A DNA stretch of 52,940 nt from Candidatus Kaiserbacteria bacterium (GTDB lineage: Bacteria > Patescibacteriota > Minisyncoccia > Phycocordibacterales > Phycocordibacteraceae): contig JAHFMJ010000004.1 of assembly GCA_023269035.1 (NCBI GenBank), positions 1 through 52,940 on the forward strand. The letters are read 5' to 3'. Under the pieces are notes generated by a model. The model did no database searches, was not told where the DNA came from, and was given only the letters and a program-made list of their open reading frames with translations. Positions 27,600 through 36,046 of this stretch are shown here, one piece after another. Numbering within the stretch: the first letter of the stretch is position 1; each line of letters begins with the position of its first letter. The translations under genes were made by a program, and so were the position numbers.

Positions 27600-29002
27600 A
27601 GCGTAACGTATTCTTCGCGGTCGCTCCCGACACCGATGCCCTCTACCGCGCAACCGGCGCGCTCTTCTATCTCTTTCAGCACTTTTTTCAGTGCGCTCGG
27701 CAGGTCGCTCGGGTTTTTTGCATTTTTGATATCCTCGGTAAATCCTTCACGGTACTCGATGATGGGCTTCACGCGCTGATAGGCGTTGAGCGATGCAGGC
27801 ACGTAGTCGATCATCTCGCCGTCAAGCTCGTAGCCGGTGACGAGCGGTATCATGCCGTTTTTTGTGCGTGAGTAGGCTTGCAGGAGGTCGCACTTGGTCA
27901 GGACGAGGCTCTTTATGCCGTTTATCTTCACCGCATGCGAGAGCTGAACGAGGTCGAAGACGCCGATGCGCCGCGGACGGGTTGTAGTCGTTCCATATTC
28001 GCCCGAGAGGACACGTATCGCTTTGCCAACGTCGAACGGGTCGCTCGAGGCGAGGAGCGCGTCCACGTCATAGGCGGCCTCGACGGCTTTTCCATACATC
28101 GGGCTGCCATCGGCGTTCGCTTTCATGCAATATTCCTCTGATTGCATGCCGCCAAACTCGGAGGGGAAGGGGCCGTGCCCGACCCGCGACATGATGACCT
28201 TAGCCACGCCGATGGTCTTGCGGTGGCAGTCGGGGGAGAGGTCGCCGCCGCCGTAAGCGGCCGCGGCGGTCGTGCCGCTCGAGGTAACGTACGGCACCAG
28301 GCCTTTTACGACGTCGAGCATGAATGCCTGCGCGCCTTCGAAAAGGACCTTCGCCCCGCCCATCACTTTCTTCTGAAGGAAGAGCGTGTCTTTTTCGATG
28401 AGTGGCGCGATGGCTTCGAAGTCTTTCTTCATTTCCGCGAGTTCACTGTCGATGTCGGCAGTGTAGCCGTGCAAAGCAGCCATCGCCTCGAAGTTGGCGC
28501 GCATCATCCTGAAGTAAGTGTCAGGGTCGTTCTGCAGGTCGCCCATCCTGATGTTGAGCACGCGCTCGCCCCACATGCGTAGCGCTCTGTCCGCATATGC
28601 CGGGCCGATGCCGTTTTTCGTCGTCCCGATAGTCGAGCCAATGTTCGCGTCTATCGCGAGGTGGTGCGGCTGGATGACGCTCGCCTGCGAGGAGATATGG
28701 AGCCTCTCCCGCGCATCGATGCCGCTCTTTTTCAGGTTCTCGAGCTCCTCATCCAGTTTCGAGATGTTGATGACGCATCCTGATCCGATGTACATCGACG
28801 TGTTCTTATAAAAGATGCCGGAGGGCACCTGATGGAGCGCGATGCTCTTGCCGTCGTGGACGATGGTGTGGCCCGCGTTCGCTCCGCCGTTGAAGCGCGC
28901 GATGACGTCGTACTCTTTTGCTTTGCCGTCGGCGACGCGGGCTTTGCCTTCGTCACCGTATTGCGTTCCTATCAGTACATCGGCAAATCCTTGAGCAGTC
29001 AT
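27596..29002 (-). CDS. purA: Adenylosuccinate synthetase
   Basis: QYGDEGK, GGANAGHT, GTTKNGIGPAY, FEGAQ and EYGTTTTRPRR motifs. Confidence 0.96.
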   Translation of the reverse strand: MTAQGFADVLIGTQYGDEGKARVADGKAKEYDVIARFNGGANAGHTIVHDGKSIALHQVPSGIFYKNTSMYIGSGCVINISKLDEELENLKKSGIDARERLHISSQASVIQPHHLAIDANIGSTIGTTKNGIGPAYADRALRMWGERVLNIRMGDLQNDPDTYFRMMRANFEAMAALHGYTADIDSELAEMKKDFEAIAPLIEKDTLFLQKKVMGGAKVLFEGAQAFMLDVVKGLVPYVTSSGTTAAAAYGGGDLSPDCHRKTIGVAKVIMSRVGHGPFPSEFGGMQSEEYCMKANADGSPMYGKAVEAAYDVDALLASSDPFDVGKAIRVLSGEYGTTTTRPRRIGVFDLVQLSHAVKINGIKSLVLTKCDLLQAYSRTKNGMIPLVTGYELDGEMIDYVPASLNAYQRVKPIIEYREGFTEDIKNAKNPSDLPSALKKVLKEIEERAGCAVEGIGVGSDREEYVTL

Positions 29003-29049
29003 TATTCATCAGTATATCCCGATAGTACGGCCTTTGCTATACTTCATTG

Positions 29050-29631
29050 ATGAAAGATATCGTCATTGTGGTCGGCGGATTGATACTTCTTGCTCTGGTG
29101 TGGGTAGGATGGACGTCGCTCCACATGGAGCCGCTCACCAATGGCCCGGTTGCATGCACTGCGGATGCCAAGCTCTGCCCCGATGGCAGCTACGTCGGCC
29201 GCAGCGGCCCCTCGTGCGCCTTTGCCGCGTGTCCTCCTGCACCCGTTTCCTATAAGGATGCCGCGTATGTGATAGATAGCATGCCGATGACCATCCCTTC
29301 TGGCGCGATAAAATATTTTGGCAACGAGGCGACAGGCGATCTCAATGGCGACGGCCAAAGTGATGTCGCCTTCATTATCACCTACGACGGAGGAGGGAGT
29401 GGCACCTTTTACTACGCGGTTGCGGCACTCAAGACTGGCGATGGCTATACAGGGACGAACGGCGTGCTCTTGGGAGATCGCATTGCGCCGCAAGCAACCC
29501 AGATACAGAATGGCCAAGTCATCATTAACTACAGCGACAGGAAACCTACCGACCCGATGACCACACCGCCCTCGGTCGGCGTCTCGAAATATCTGAAAGT
29601 CTCCGGCGCTCAGCTTGTCGTTGCTCAATAA
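29050..29631 (+). CDS. Membrane-anchored protein with CTADAKLCPDGS Cys motif
   Basis: N-terminal TM, C-rich motif, GDLNGDG and GGSGTFYY. Confidence 0.7.
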   Translation: MKDIVIVVGGLILLALVWVGWTSLHMEPLTNGPVACTADAKLCPDGSYVGRSGPSCAFAACPPAPVSYKDAAYVIDSMPMTIPSGAIKYFGNEATGDLNGDGQSDVAFIITYDGGGSGTFYYAVAALKTGDGYTGTNGVLLGDRIAPQATQIQNGQVIINYSDRKPTDPMTTPPSVGVSKYLKVSGAQLVVAQ

Positions 29632-29958
29632 ATGATGTCCAGACTGGTCACCACACTCATCAATACCATCCCGATCCTCATCATGATCGGGCTGATACCG
29701 CTCGTACCGAATGACTACGTATTGGCGCTCCTCTATATTTTTATCATCGCTGTTGCGCTCTTTATCAAACGTGACCGGAAGGACATCATCGTGCTCGTTG
29801 CAGGAGCTCTCCTTTTAACGATCTCGGAATCGATCTTTGTCAGTACTGGTGTCGAGACATTCGTACGCCACAGCCTCTTTAGCCTCATGCCCCTCTGGCT
29901 CCCGCTCCTTTGGGGCTACGCATTTGTCGTTATCAAGCGCATCGTGCTTGTTATCTAG
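29632..29958 (+). CDS. Small membrane protein
   Basis: Hydrophobic; PLWLPLLWG. Confidence 0.65.
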   Translation: MMSRLVTTLINTIPILIMIGLIPLVPNDYVLALLYIFIIAVALFIKRDRKDIIVLVAGALLLTISESIFVSTGVETFVRHSLFSLMPLWLPLLWGYAFVVIKRIVLVI

Positions 29959-29976
29959 CCAGTGGTTCATTGCTCT

Positions 29977-30504
29977 ATGCACCTTGTACTCCCATCGGTA
30001 GAATATAAGAAATCTTTCATAGAGGCGGTAAGAGAATTTCAAGAAGAAGAACCTAATGAAACAACCAGGCGCTATTTTAAATATTCTGTTCCAGAATTTG
30101 AAGCTAACTTCGATACGTATGTTCAAGAATTAAAAGCCGAAACATTAGGCCTTGGCTTGCCGGTAGGGTATGTTCCAAACACCCTTTATTGGCTCACGGA
30201 CGGCGACGAGTACATTGGGCGAGTGACCGTCAGACACAGGCTTAATGAACACCTTGAGAGTATCGGCGGTCACATCGGATACGACATACGACCGAGTAGA
30301 CGGAAACAGGGGTACGGGAGCAAAATCCTTGAACTCGCGCTCCCCAAAGCAAAAGAACTGGGTATTAAGCGTGTTCTTATTACCTGTGATGAAACCAATC
30401 TCGGCTCGCGCAGGGTTATCGAAAAGAACGGAGGTGTTTTTGAAAACAAAGTGCCCAACCCAGAAACGGGCATAGATAAATTGCGGTATTGGATTACTTT
30501 GTAA
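29977..30504 (+). CDS. GNAT family acetyltransferase
   Basis: GGHIGYDIRPSRRKQGYG and N.GSRRVIEKNGG motifs. Confidence 0.9.
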   Translation: MHLVLPSVEYKKSFIEAVREFQEEEPNETTRRYFKYSVPEFEANFDTYVQELKAETLGLGLPVGYVPNTLYWLTDGDEYIGRVTVRHRLNEHLESIGGHIGYDIRPSRRKQGYGSKILELALPKAKELGIKRVLITCDETNLGSRRVIEKNGGVFENKVPNPETGIDKLRYWITL

Positions 30505-30519
30505 AAATCGACTCCCTAA

Positions 30520-31131
30520 ATGACGCAAGAAATTTTCACAGCATTTGTCCTCGGTCTTGTCGGTGGCCTTGTACCCGGGCCGGTGTTGGCCGCGACGTTT
30601 ACTGAAATACTGCAGGGCGGTTTTCCTAAAAGCCTGCGGATCATTTTTTGGGCGATGCTCGCGGAAACACTGCTAGCTCTTATCAGCCTCGTTGCTTTCT
30701 CTTTCCTTGGTTTATCGGAATCTTTTTTCTACGCATTGTCATTCGTCGGCGCAGGCATTCTTATATGGATTGCTACGCAACTGTGGAAGATAAAAAGCCT
30801 GGATGTGGGAGACAAAGTCCATTTCGGGATTGGAAAAATATTTTCGATGATATTTGCAAATGGTATCCTTTGGACTTTTTGGATCACCGTTTGCGTTCCT
30901 AAGGCCATACTGCTCGGTCAACAGCTACACTATGGGCAATTGGTATTTCTCGTTCTGGTAGAAATGGGATGGCTTATTTCGACTGTCGGCGTGGCATTCG
31001 CGTTTTCCTGGTTCAGAGGAGTGCTTTCTAATCCAAAAGCTATCCCGCGCATGTTTAAGCTCTTTTCGGCCCTTTTTGTCTACTTTGCTCTCAGTATGCT
31101 CTACACGAGCGCTACTTTCTTTCTGAAATAA
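30520..31131 (+). CDS. LysE-family translocator
   Basis: PGP motif near N-terminus; about 6 TM. Confidence 0.7.
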   Translation: MTQEIFTAFVLGLVGGLVPGPVLAATFTEILQGGFPKSLRIIFWAMLAETLLALISLVAFSFLGLSESFFYALSFVGAGILIWIATQLWKIKSLDVGDKVHFGIGKIFSMIFANGILWTFWITVCVPKAILLGQQLHYGQLVFLVLVEMGWLISTVGVAFAFSWFRGVLSNPKAIPRMFKLFSALFVYFALSMLYTSATFFLK

Positions 31132-31187
31132 AGAATCCGGGACCCTTTAGCTTGCATTGAAATATATACATATGCTAATATACGCAT

Positions 31188-31481
31188 ATGACTGACTTAT
31201 GCAAAGAGATTGCCAAGATGGGAAAGGGCATCGGCAACACCGGCCGCTACCGTATCCTCGAGGCCTTGATGAAAGGCCCTAAGACGGTTGGGCAGATAGC
31301 GAAGGCCGTCCGTCGCCCTCAGCCCGCGGTCTCGCAGAACCTCAAGGTGCTCAAGGAGAGCGATTTGGTGGCTGATGAGCGGCGGGGTAAGGAAGTCTAT
31401 TACTCTATTAACGTTGCGTATATGGCGAATCTCTTACAAAAGCTCGCTGTGGACGTTAAGAAAGGCACTAAAAAAAGATAA
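31188..31481 (+). CDS. ArsR/SmtB family transcriptional regulator
   Basis: R.RILE.L, QPAVSQNLKVL..LV...R.GKEVYY. Confidence 0.9.
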   Translation: MTDLCKEIAKMGKGIGNTGRYRILEALMKGPKTVGQIAKAVRRPQPAVSQNLKVLKESDLVADERRGKEVYYSINVAYMANLLQKLAVDVKKGTKKR

Positions 31482-31484
31482 CCT

Positions 31485-32108
31485 ATGAACTACGATACAC
31501 TTGCAAACGCAGAGAGCATTGCTCGGACCGTCGAGGGCCTGAAGGGCCGTGGAGTAGAGCCGATAGTGCTTGAGAGTGGTGCGGAGGCCCTCGCAAAAAT
31601 AAAAGAGCTCATACCCACCGGAGCCTCGGTAATGAACGGCTCGTCGGTGACCCTCGAGGAGGTTGGCTACATCGAGTATCTCAAAACCGGCACGCACGGG
31701 TGGAACAACCTGAAAGATGCGATTCTTGCAGAGAAGGACCCCGTCAAGCAATCACTCCTCCGCAAGGAGTCTGTCACCTCCGATTACTATCTCGGAAGTG
31801 TCCACGCACTCGCGGAGACCGGGGAGTTCATCATTGCATCGAACTCTGGTTCACAGTTACCGCACATCGTCTTTACGTCATCCAATCTCATCTTTGTCGT
31901 CTCGACCAAGAAAATTATTCCGACGCTCGCAGAGGGCTTTGCACGATTGGAACAGCATGTGCTTCCGCTTGAGGACGACCATATGAAGAGGGTTTATGGG
32001 CCGCAGTCGGGGAGTAAGATTTCAAAAGTCGTCATCTGGAAGGACGAGGCCGTGTATTTGAAGCGCACCGTGCGCATGCTCCTGGTCAAGGAGAAGCTCG
32101 GTTTCTGA
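31485..32108 (+). CDS. LUD (lactate utilisation) domain protein
   Basis: GSSVTLEE, YYLGSVHAL, ASNSGSQ and KEKLGF motifs. Confidence 0.75.
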   Translation: MNYDTLANAESIARTVEGLKGRGVEPIVLESGAEALAKIKELIPTGASVMNGSSVTLEEVGYIEYLKTGTHGWNNLKDAILAEKDPVKQSLLRKESVTSDYYLGSVHALAETGEFIIASNSGSQLPHIVFTSSNLIFVVSTKKIIPTLAEGFARLEQHVLPLEDDHMKRVYGPQSGSKISKVVIWKDEAVYLKRTVRMLLVKEKLGF

Positions 32109-32118
32109 TATCTGATTG

Positions 32119-32144
32119 TGTAATAAGAACACTCCAGGCCCGTC
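32119..32144 (+). promoter_or_regulatory. Putative ECF sigma promoter TGTAAT-N16-CGTC
   Basis: Same motif and spacing at 33022-33047 and 34771-34796. Confidence 0.65.
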
Positions 32145-32160
32145 ATCAGTGACGGGCCTG
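32135..32160. terminator. Hairpin, possible terminator
   Basis: CAGGCCCGTCA-TCAG-TGACGGGCCTG. Confidence 0.55.
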
Positions 32161-32200
32161 CTTCTTACTATAGGGCCCGTTAATAAAGCTTAAAAACACT

Positions 32201-32974
32201 ATGAAAAGCATCTATTGGAAAAATGTAACTATGAGTGCAGCGTTTGCGCTCTCAGCAGTACTCGGTTTGGCAGCTCCTGGGCTTGCGCTCGCAGAGGGCA
32301 ACGGACAGGGCGGTCCTGAGGGCTCTGGCGTCGAAGTGCATATTACTGGCAATGGCAACGCCCTCGTTCGTGGAGCCAAGGTCGTCTCGGTTTCCGGAAC
32401 GGACGTCAGCGCGACGACGGCTTTCGGGCCCTCGACGCTCTCGTGGATAATCCACACTGACACGTCGACGCAGTTCGTGCGTCGTTTCGGCGGTGCTTCC
32501 TCTGTTGCCGAGATTACTGCCGGCGACACCATCAGCTTCTCCGGCCCTTTGGCAACGAGTTCCGGCCTTGTGGTTAACGCGAAGATCGTTAAGGACTGGT
32601 CAATTCTTAAAACGCGCTCGATGCTGACCGGTGTCGTCGCGTCCATCAATGCGGGTTCCAGCTCCTTCGGGCTCAGCACTAATAACCACGGCACGGTCAC
32701 GGTGAACGTCGCGAGCAGCACGATTCTGATGAAGAACGGGATCAATATCCTCTTCTCACTCCTCGGCATCGGGGATAAGGTTAAGGCTTCCGGCACCTTC
32801 GATGCGCAGGCGAGCACGCTTGCAGCGGAGAGGATCGACGTCAACTTCGCCGCATCAACCACTGCTGATGGCAGCGGCCATGAGGGCAACGACGATCATG
32901 GCAAGGGGAACGGCGGTGGATTCCTGAAGTTCTGGTCTGACCACTTCTTCAAGCTCAATTTCGGTCACAAATAA
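32201..32974 (+). CDS. Secreted protein with DUF5666-like OB-type repeats
   Basis: Signal peptide; repeated G.V.S...T...L..GD.V..SG...A..I. Confidence 0.65.
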   Translation: MKSIYWKNVTMSAAFALSAVLGLAAPGLALAEGNGQGGPEGSGVEVHITGNGNALVRGAKVVSVSGTDVSATTAFGPSTLSWIIHTDTSTQFVRRFGGASSVAEITAGDTISFSGPLATSSGLVVNAKIVKDWSILKTRSMLTGVVASINAGSSSFGLSTNNHGTVTVNVASSTILMKNGINILFSLLGIGDKVKASGTFDAQASTLAAERIDVNFAASTTADGSGHEGNDDHGKGNGGGFLKFWSDHFFKLNFGHK

Positions 32975-32982
32975 CCGGCTGA

Positions 32983-33012
32983 AAAACAGCCCCGCCATGG
33001 CGGGGCTGTTTT
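32983..33012. terminator. Bidirectional terminator-like palindrome
   Basis: AAAACAGCCCCGCC-AT-GGCGGGGCTGTTTT. Confidence 0.8.
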
Positions 33013-33021
33013 ATTGTATTG

Positions 33022-33047
33022 TGTAATGTACGAACCGCTATGCCGTC
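33022..33047 (+). promoter_or_regulatory. Putative autoregulatory ECF promoter TGTAAT-N16-CGTC
   Basis: Immediately upstream of the ECF sigma ATG. Confidence 0.7.
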
Positions 33048-33054
33048 TTAACCT

Positions 33055-33555
33055 ATGAGCACCTATGAACGAGATTTCATACAGGCATATCACGACAACG
33101 CCGATGCGCTCTTTCGGTACTGCCTTTTCAAAGTCAGCGACCGCGAGCGTGCCATCGACCTGGTCCAGGAGTGCTTTACCAAAACCTGGAGCTACGTCGC
33201 GGAAGGGAAGACGGTCGACTCCTTCAAGCCGTTCCTCTACCGTACGCTCAACAATCTCATCATTGATGAGTATCGACGGAAAAAGGATACTTCGCTTGAT
33301 GCACTGGTTGACCAAGGCTTTGACGTCGGCATGGATCCGCGAGAGGCCCTCCTCGACTCGCTCGACGGGAAGCGCGCCGTTGCGCTCCTCCAGAAACTCC
33401 CGGAAGAATATCGCGAGGTCATCTATCTCCGGTTCGTGGACGGGCTCTCCTTTGCAGAAATCGCCGATGCCACCGGTGAGAATACAAATACCCTTACCGT
33501 TCGTGCCCACCGTGGCATCAAAAAACTGAAAGAACTCATCACGTATGGATACTAA
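33055..33555 (+). CDS. ECF RNA polymerase sigma factor
   Basis: AIDLVQECF, FLYR..NLIIDEYR, LPEEYREVI and SFAEIA motifs. Confidence 0.93.
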   Translation: MSTYERDFIQAYHDNADALFRYCLFKVSDRERAIDLVQECFTKTWSYVAEGKTVDSFKPFLYRTLNNLIIDEYRRKKDTSLDALVDQGFDVGMDPREALLDSLDGKRAVALLQKLPEEYREVIYLRFVDGLSFAEIADATGENTNTLTVRAHRGIKKLKELITYGY

Positions 33556-34432
33556 AATCAAAAACATTTTCAAAGCTGCACAGGACGTCTCGCTTACGGA
33601 GGCTGAACGTGCGCATGTGCTCTCAACACTCCAGAATTTTATGAAAGAGCATCCGTCAGCACACCCACAGCACAGCACCCCTTCGCCGTACACGAATGTG
33701 TCTCTCTTTTTGCGCGTGCGCTATGTCGTTCCCGTCACACTCATACTTTCGCTTGTCCTCGGCGGCGGCACAGCATTTGCCGCTGAGGGTGCGCTCCCCG
33801 GCGACACCCTCTATCCAATGAAGATACACCTTAATGAGAAAGTCGAGACATTGCTTGCCCCGACGCCGGAAGCGCGCGCGGAAGTAGCCGCAGCGCAGGC
33901 CCTGCGCCGCGTCAGCGAGGCGGAGACGCTTGCCGCGCACGGCCGCCTTGACGCAACGACGACGGAAGAGATACGGCAGCGTTTTTCCCTGAAATCAGAA
34001 GAACTGAAGCGGCAGGTACAGAAACTCGAAGACGACAACGATCATGCGGGAGCCGACCGCGTCAGCGTGCATTTCGAACAAGAGCTCGATACGCATTTCA
34101 ACGCTTTTGTTGGCCTTGACGAGAGGAGCGCGACGGCGACCAGGCCTGAGATCACCACTATCAAGGACGATATACAGCAGCGTATAAAACATGTTTCCGA
34201 TGAGCGCATGAAGGCGCGGGCGAGGCGCATTAAGGATGTGCAAGAAAAGCTGAATGCAGGGACCGATATCCACACGCAGATCCGCACAACGTCTGATGGA
34301 GAGCAAAAAGGCGACTCTGTTGAACAGAATGGCTCCGACCAGGGACGTAAGGACGGCCCCACACCCGAGTCACCTGAGGGAGGCCAGGAAAACGGCCCCA
34401 TCCTGCCGCTGCCGGCTCAGTTGGGACTATAG
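33545..34432 (+). CDS. Putative anti-sigma factor (DUF5667-like)
   Basis: Overlaps sigma gene; one TM followed by AEGALPGDTLYPMK...E. Confidence 0.75.
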   Translation: MDTKIKNIFKAAQDVSLTEAERAHVLSTLQNFMKEHPSAHPQHSTPSPYTNVSLFLRVRYVVPVTLILSLVLGGGTAFAAEGALPGDTLYPMKIHLNEKVETLLAPTPEARAEVAAAQALRRVSEAETLAAHGRLDATTTEEIRQRFSLKSEELKRQVQKLEDDNDHAGADRVSVHFEQELDTHFNAFVGLDERSATATRPEITTIKDDIQQRIKHVSDERMKARARRIKDVQEKLNAGTDIHTQIRTTSDGEQKGDSVEQNGSDQGRKDGPTPESPEGGQENGPILPLPAQLGL

Positions 34433-34492
34433 CCTTGCGCGTGCCGTACGCGGCGTATACTGAAGGCATTACTAAGCTCTCTCACTTTTAAT

Positions 34493-34756
34493 ATGCATAT
34501 CAATCCAAATAAGGCTGGCCTCGCGCTCGGCGCATTTATCGGCGGCGGGCATCTTGTGTGGTCGCTCGTGGTAGCGCTCGGCTGGGGCCAGGCGTTGCTC
34601 GACTTCATCTTTACGCTCCACATGATTCATCCGGTATATACGGTCGGACCGTTCGATATCACGATGGCGCTCGCGCTCATCGTCGTGACCGCGCTTATCG
34701 GGTACGTCGGCGGCACGGTATTTGCCAAGATCTGGAACCATTTTCATCGCGGATAA
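34493..34756 (+). CDS. Small membrane protein
   Basis: 2-TM; HLVWS, LHMI. Confidence 0.7.
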   Translation: MHINPNKAGLALGAFIGGGHLVWSLVVALGWGQALLDFIFTLHMIHPVYTVGPFDITMALALIVVTALIGYVGGTVFAKIWNHFHRG

Positions 34757-34770
34757 GCAAAAGAGGGAAG

Positions 34771-34796
34771 TGAAATAAACCTTCTTATCATACGTC
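34771..34796 (+). promoter_or_regulatory. Putative ECF promoter TGAAAT-N16-CGTC
   Basis: Same spacing as the two other copies; 15 nt upstream of the GH18 ATG. Confidence 0.55.
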
Positions 34797-34811
34797 TGGT
34801 AGTATAGGCGT

Positions 34812-36023
34812 ATGAAACGTAGTACCCACTACTTGATCGGCCTCCTTGTCGTTAGCGCGATCCTCGTGCCGGATGTTTCTTTTGCGGCGACGGCAAAGCT
34901 TGAGGTCTCCGGCTGGCTCCCATACTGGCGCAAGGCCACCTCGACTGCCGACATCGCGCCGCATCTCTCCGTGTTCAAGGAGATCAACCCCTTCGGCTAC
35001 TCGGTGAAGAGCGACGGCACGCTCGCTGACACCGCTAAGCTCACTGAAGAGCCGTGGACATCGCTTATCGCCGCTGCGAAGGCGAAGAAAGTCCGTATCA
35101 TCCCGACGGTGATGTGGAGCGACGGCGCCACCATAGATCGTATCTTGAGCGACGGGGTGAGCCGGCGCCAGCTCGAGGACGACATCACGGCGCTCGTAAA
35201 AGACAATGGGTACGACGGCATCGAGATCGACTTCGAAGGAAAGAAAGCCGAGACCAAAGATTATTTTTCCACTTTCTTAAAGGGTTTGTATCAGCGTATG
35301 GGTACCAAATGGGTGATGTGCGACATCGAACCGAGAACGCCCATCTCTGCTCGCTATGACGGTACGCCTCCTGCGGATGCAGGACAGTATGCTAATGACT
35401 ACGTGCAAATAAACAAATACTGCGACCGGGTGAAGATCATGGCCTATGACCAGGGGACGATCGACGTGAAGCTCAACAAGCTCGCGAACGGCGCGCCTTA
35501 CATCCCTGTGGCTGACCCGGCATGGGTCGAGAAGGTGATACAGGAGGTACGTAAGACCATACCGGTACGGAAACTGATGCTCGGCATCCCGACCTACGGT
35601 TACGAGTACGAGGTCACCCCGCTCTCGGAACAAGGCTACCGCTATGACCTCTTGTGGGCCTTCAACCAGAAGTATGCGTACGACCTCCTCCTCCAATATC
35701 ATCCGAGCGTCCAGCGCAACAGCGCCGGCGAGCTCTCCTTCGCATATCTTCCCAACGTGTTGCCCGACGTCCCTCCTCCTAACACCGAGGCGCCGTATGA
35801 TGTACCGGCTGGCGCGGCGACGACGTCCGGTTACGGCAAGCTCTCCACTCTTGGCGGCGTGGCGATACTCTCCACGAACCCTGTTTTCAACCTCGTCTGG
35901 TGGAGCGACGCTAACGCCATCAAAGATAAGATCGCGCTTGCCAAGAAGTACGGCCTGCGCGGCGTGAGCTTCTTCAAGATAGACGGCGGGGAAGACCCGG
36001 CCCTCTGGGACGTGCTCAAATAA
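34812..36023 (+). CDS. Glycoside hydrolase family 18 protein (secreted)
   Basis: YDGIEIDFE (DxxxxDxE-type), IMAYD and LGIPTYG motifs. Confidence 0.88.
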   Translation: MKRSTHYLIGLLVVSAILVPDVSFAATAKLEVSGWLPYWRKATSTADIAPHLSVFKEINPFGYSVKSDGTLADTAKLTEEPWTSLIAAAKAKKVRIIPTVMWSDGATIDRILSDGVSRRQLEDDITALVKDNGYDGIEIDFEGKKAETKDYFSTFLKGLYQRMGTKWVMCDIEPRTPISARYDGTPPADAGQYANDYVQINKYCDRVKIMAYDQGTIDVKLNKLANGAPYIPVADPAWVEKVIQEVRKTIPVRKLMLGIPTYGYEYEVTPLSEQGYRYDLLWAFNQKYAYDLLLQYHPSVQRNSAGELSFAYLPNVLPDVPPPNTEAPYDVPAGAATTSGYGKLSTLGGVAILSTNPVFNLVWWSDANAIKDKIALAKKYGLRGVSFFKIDGGEDPALWDVLK

Positions 36024-36046
36024 GCCTTTTGCTTTATAGTAGGGGG

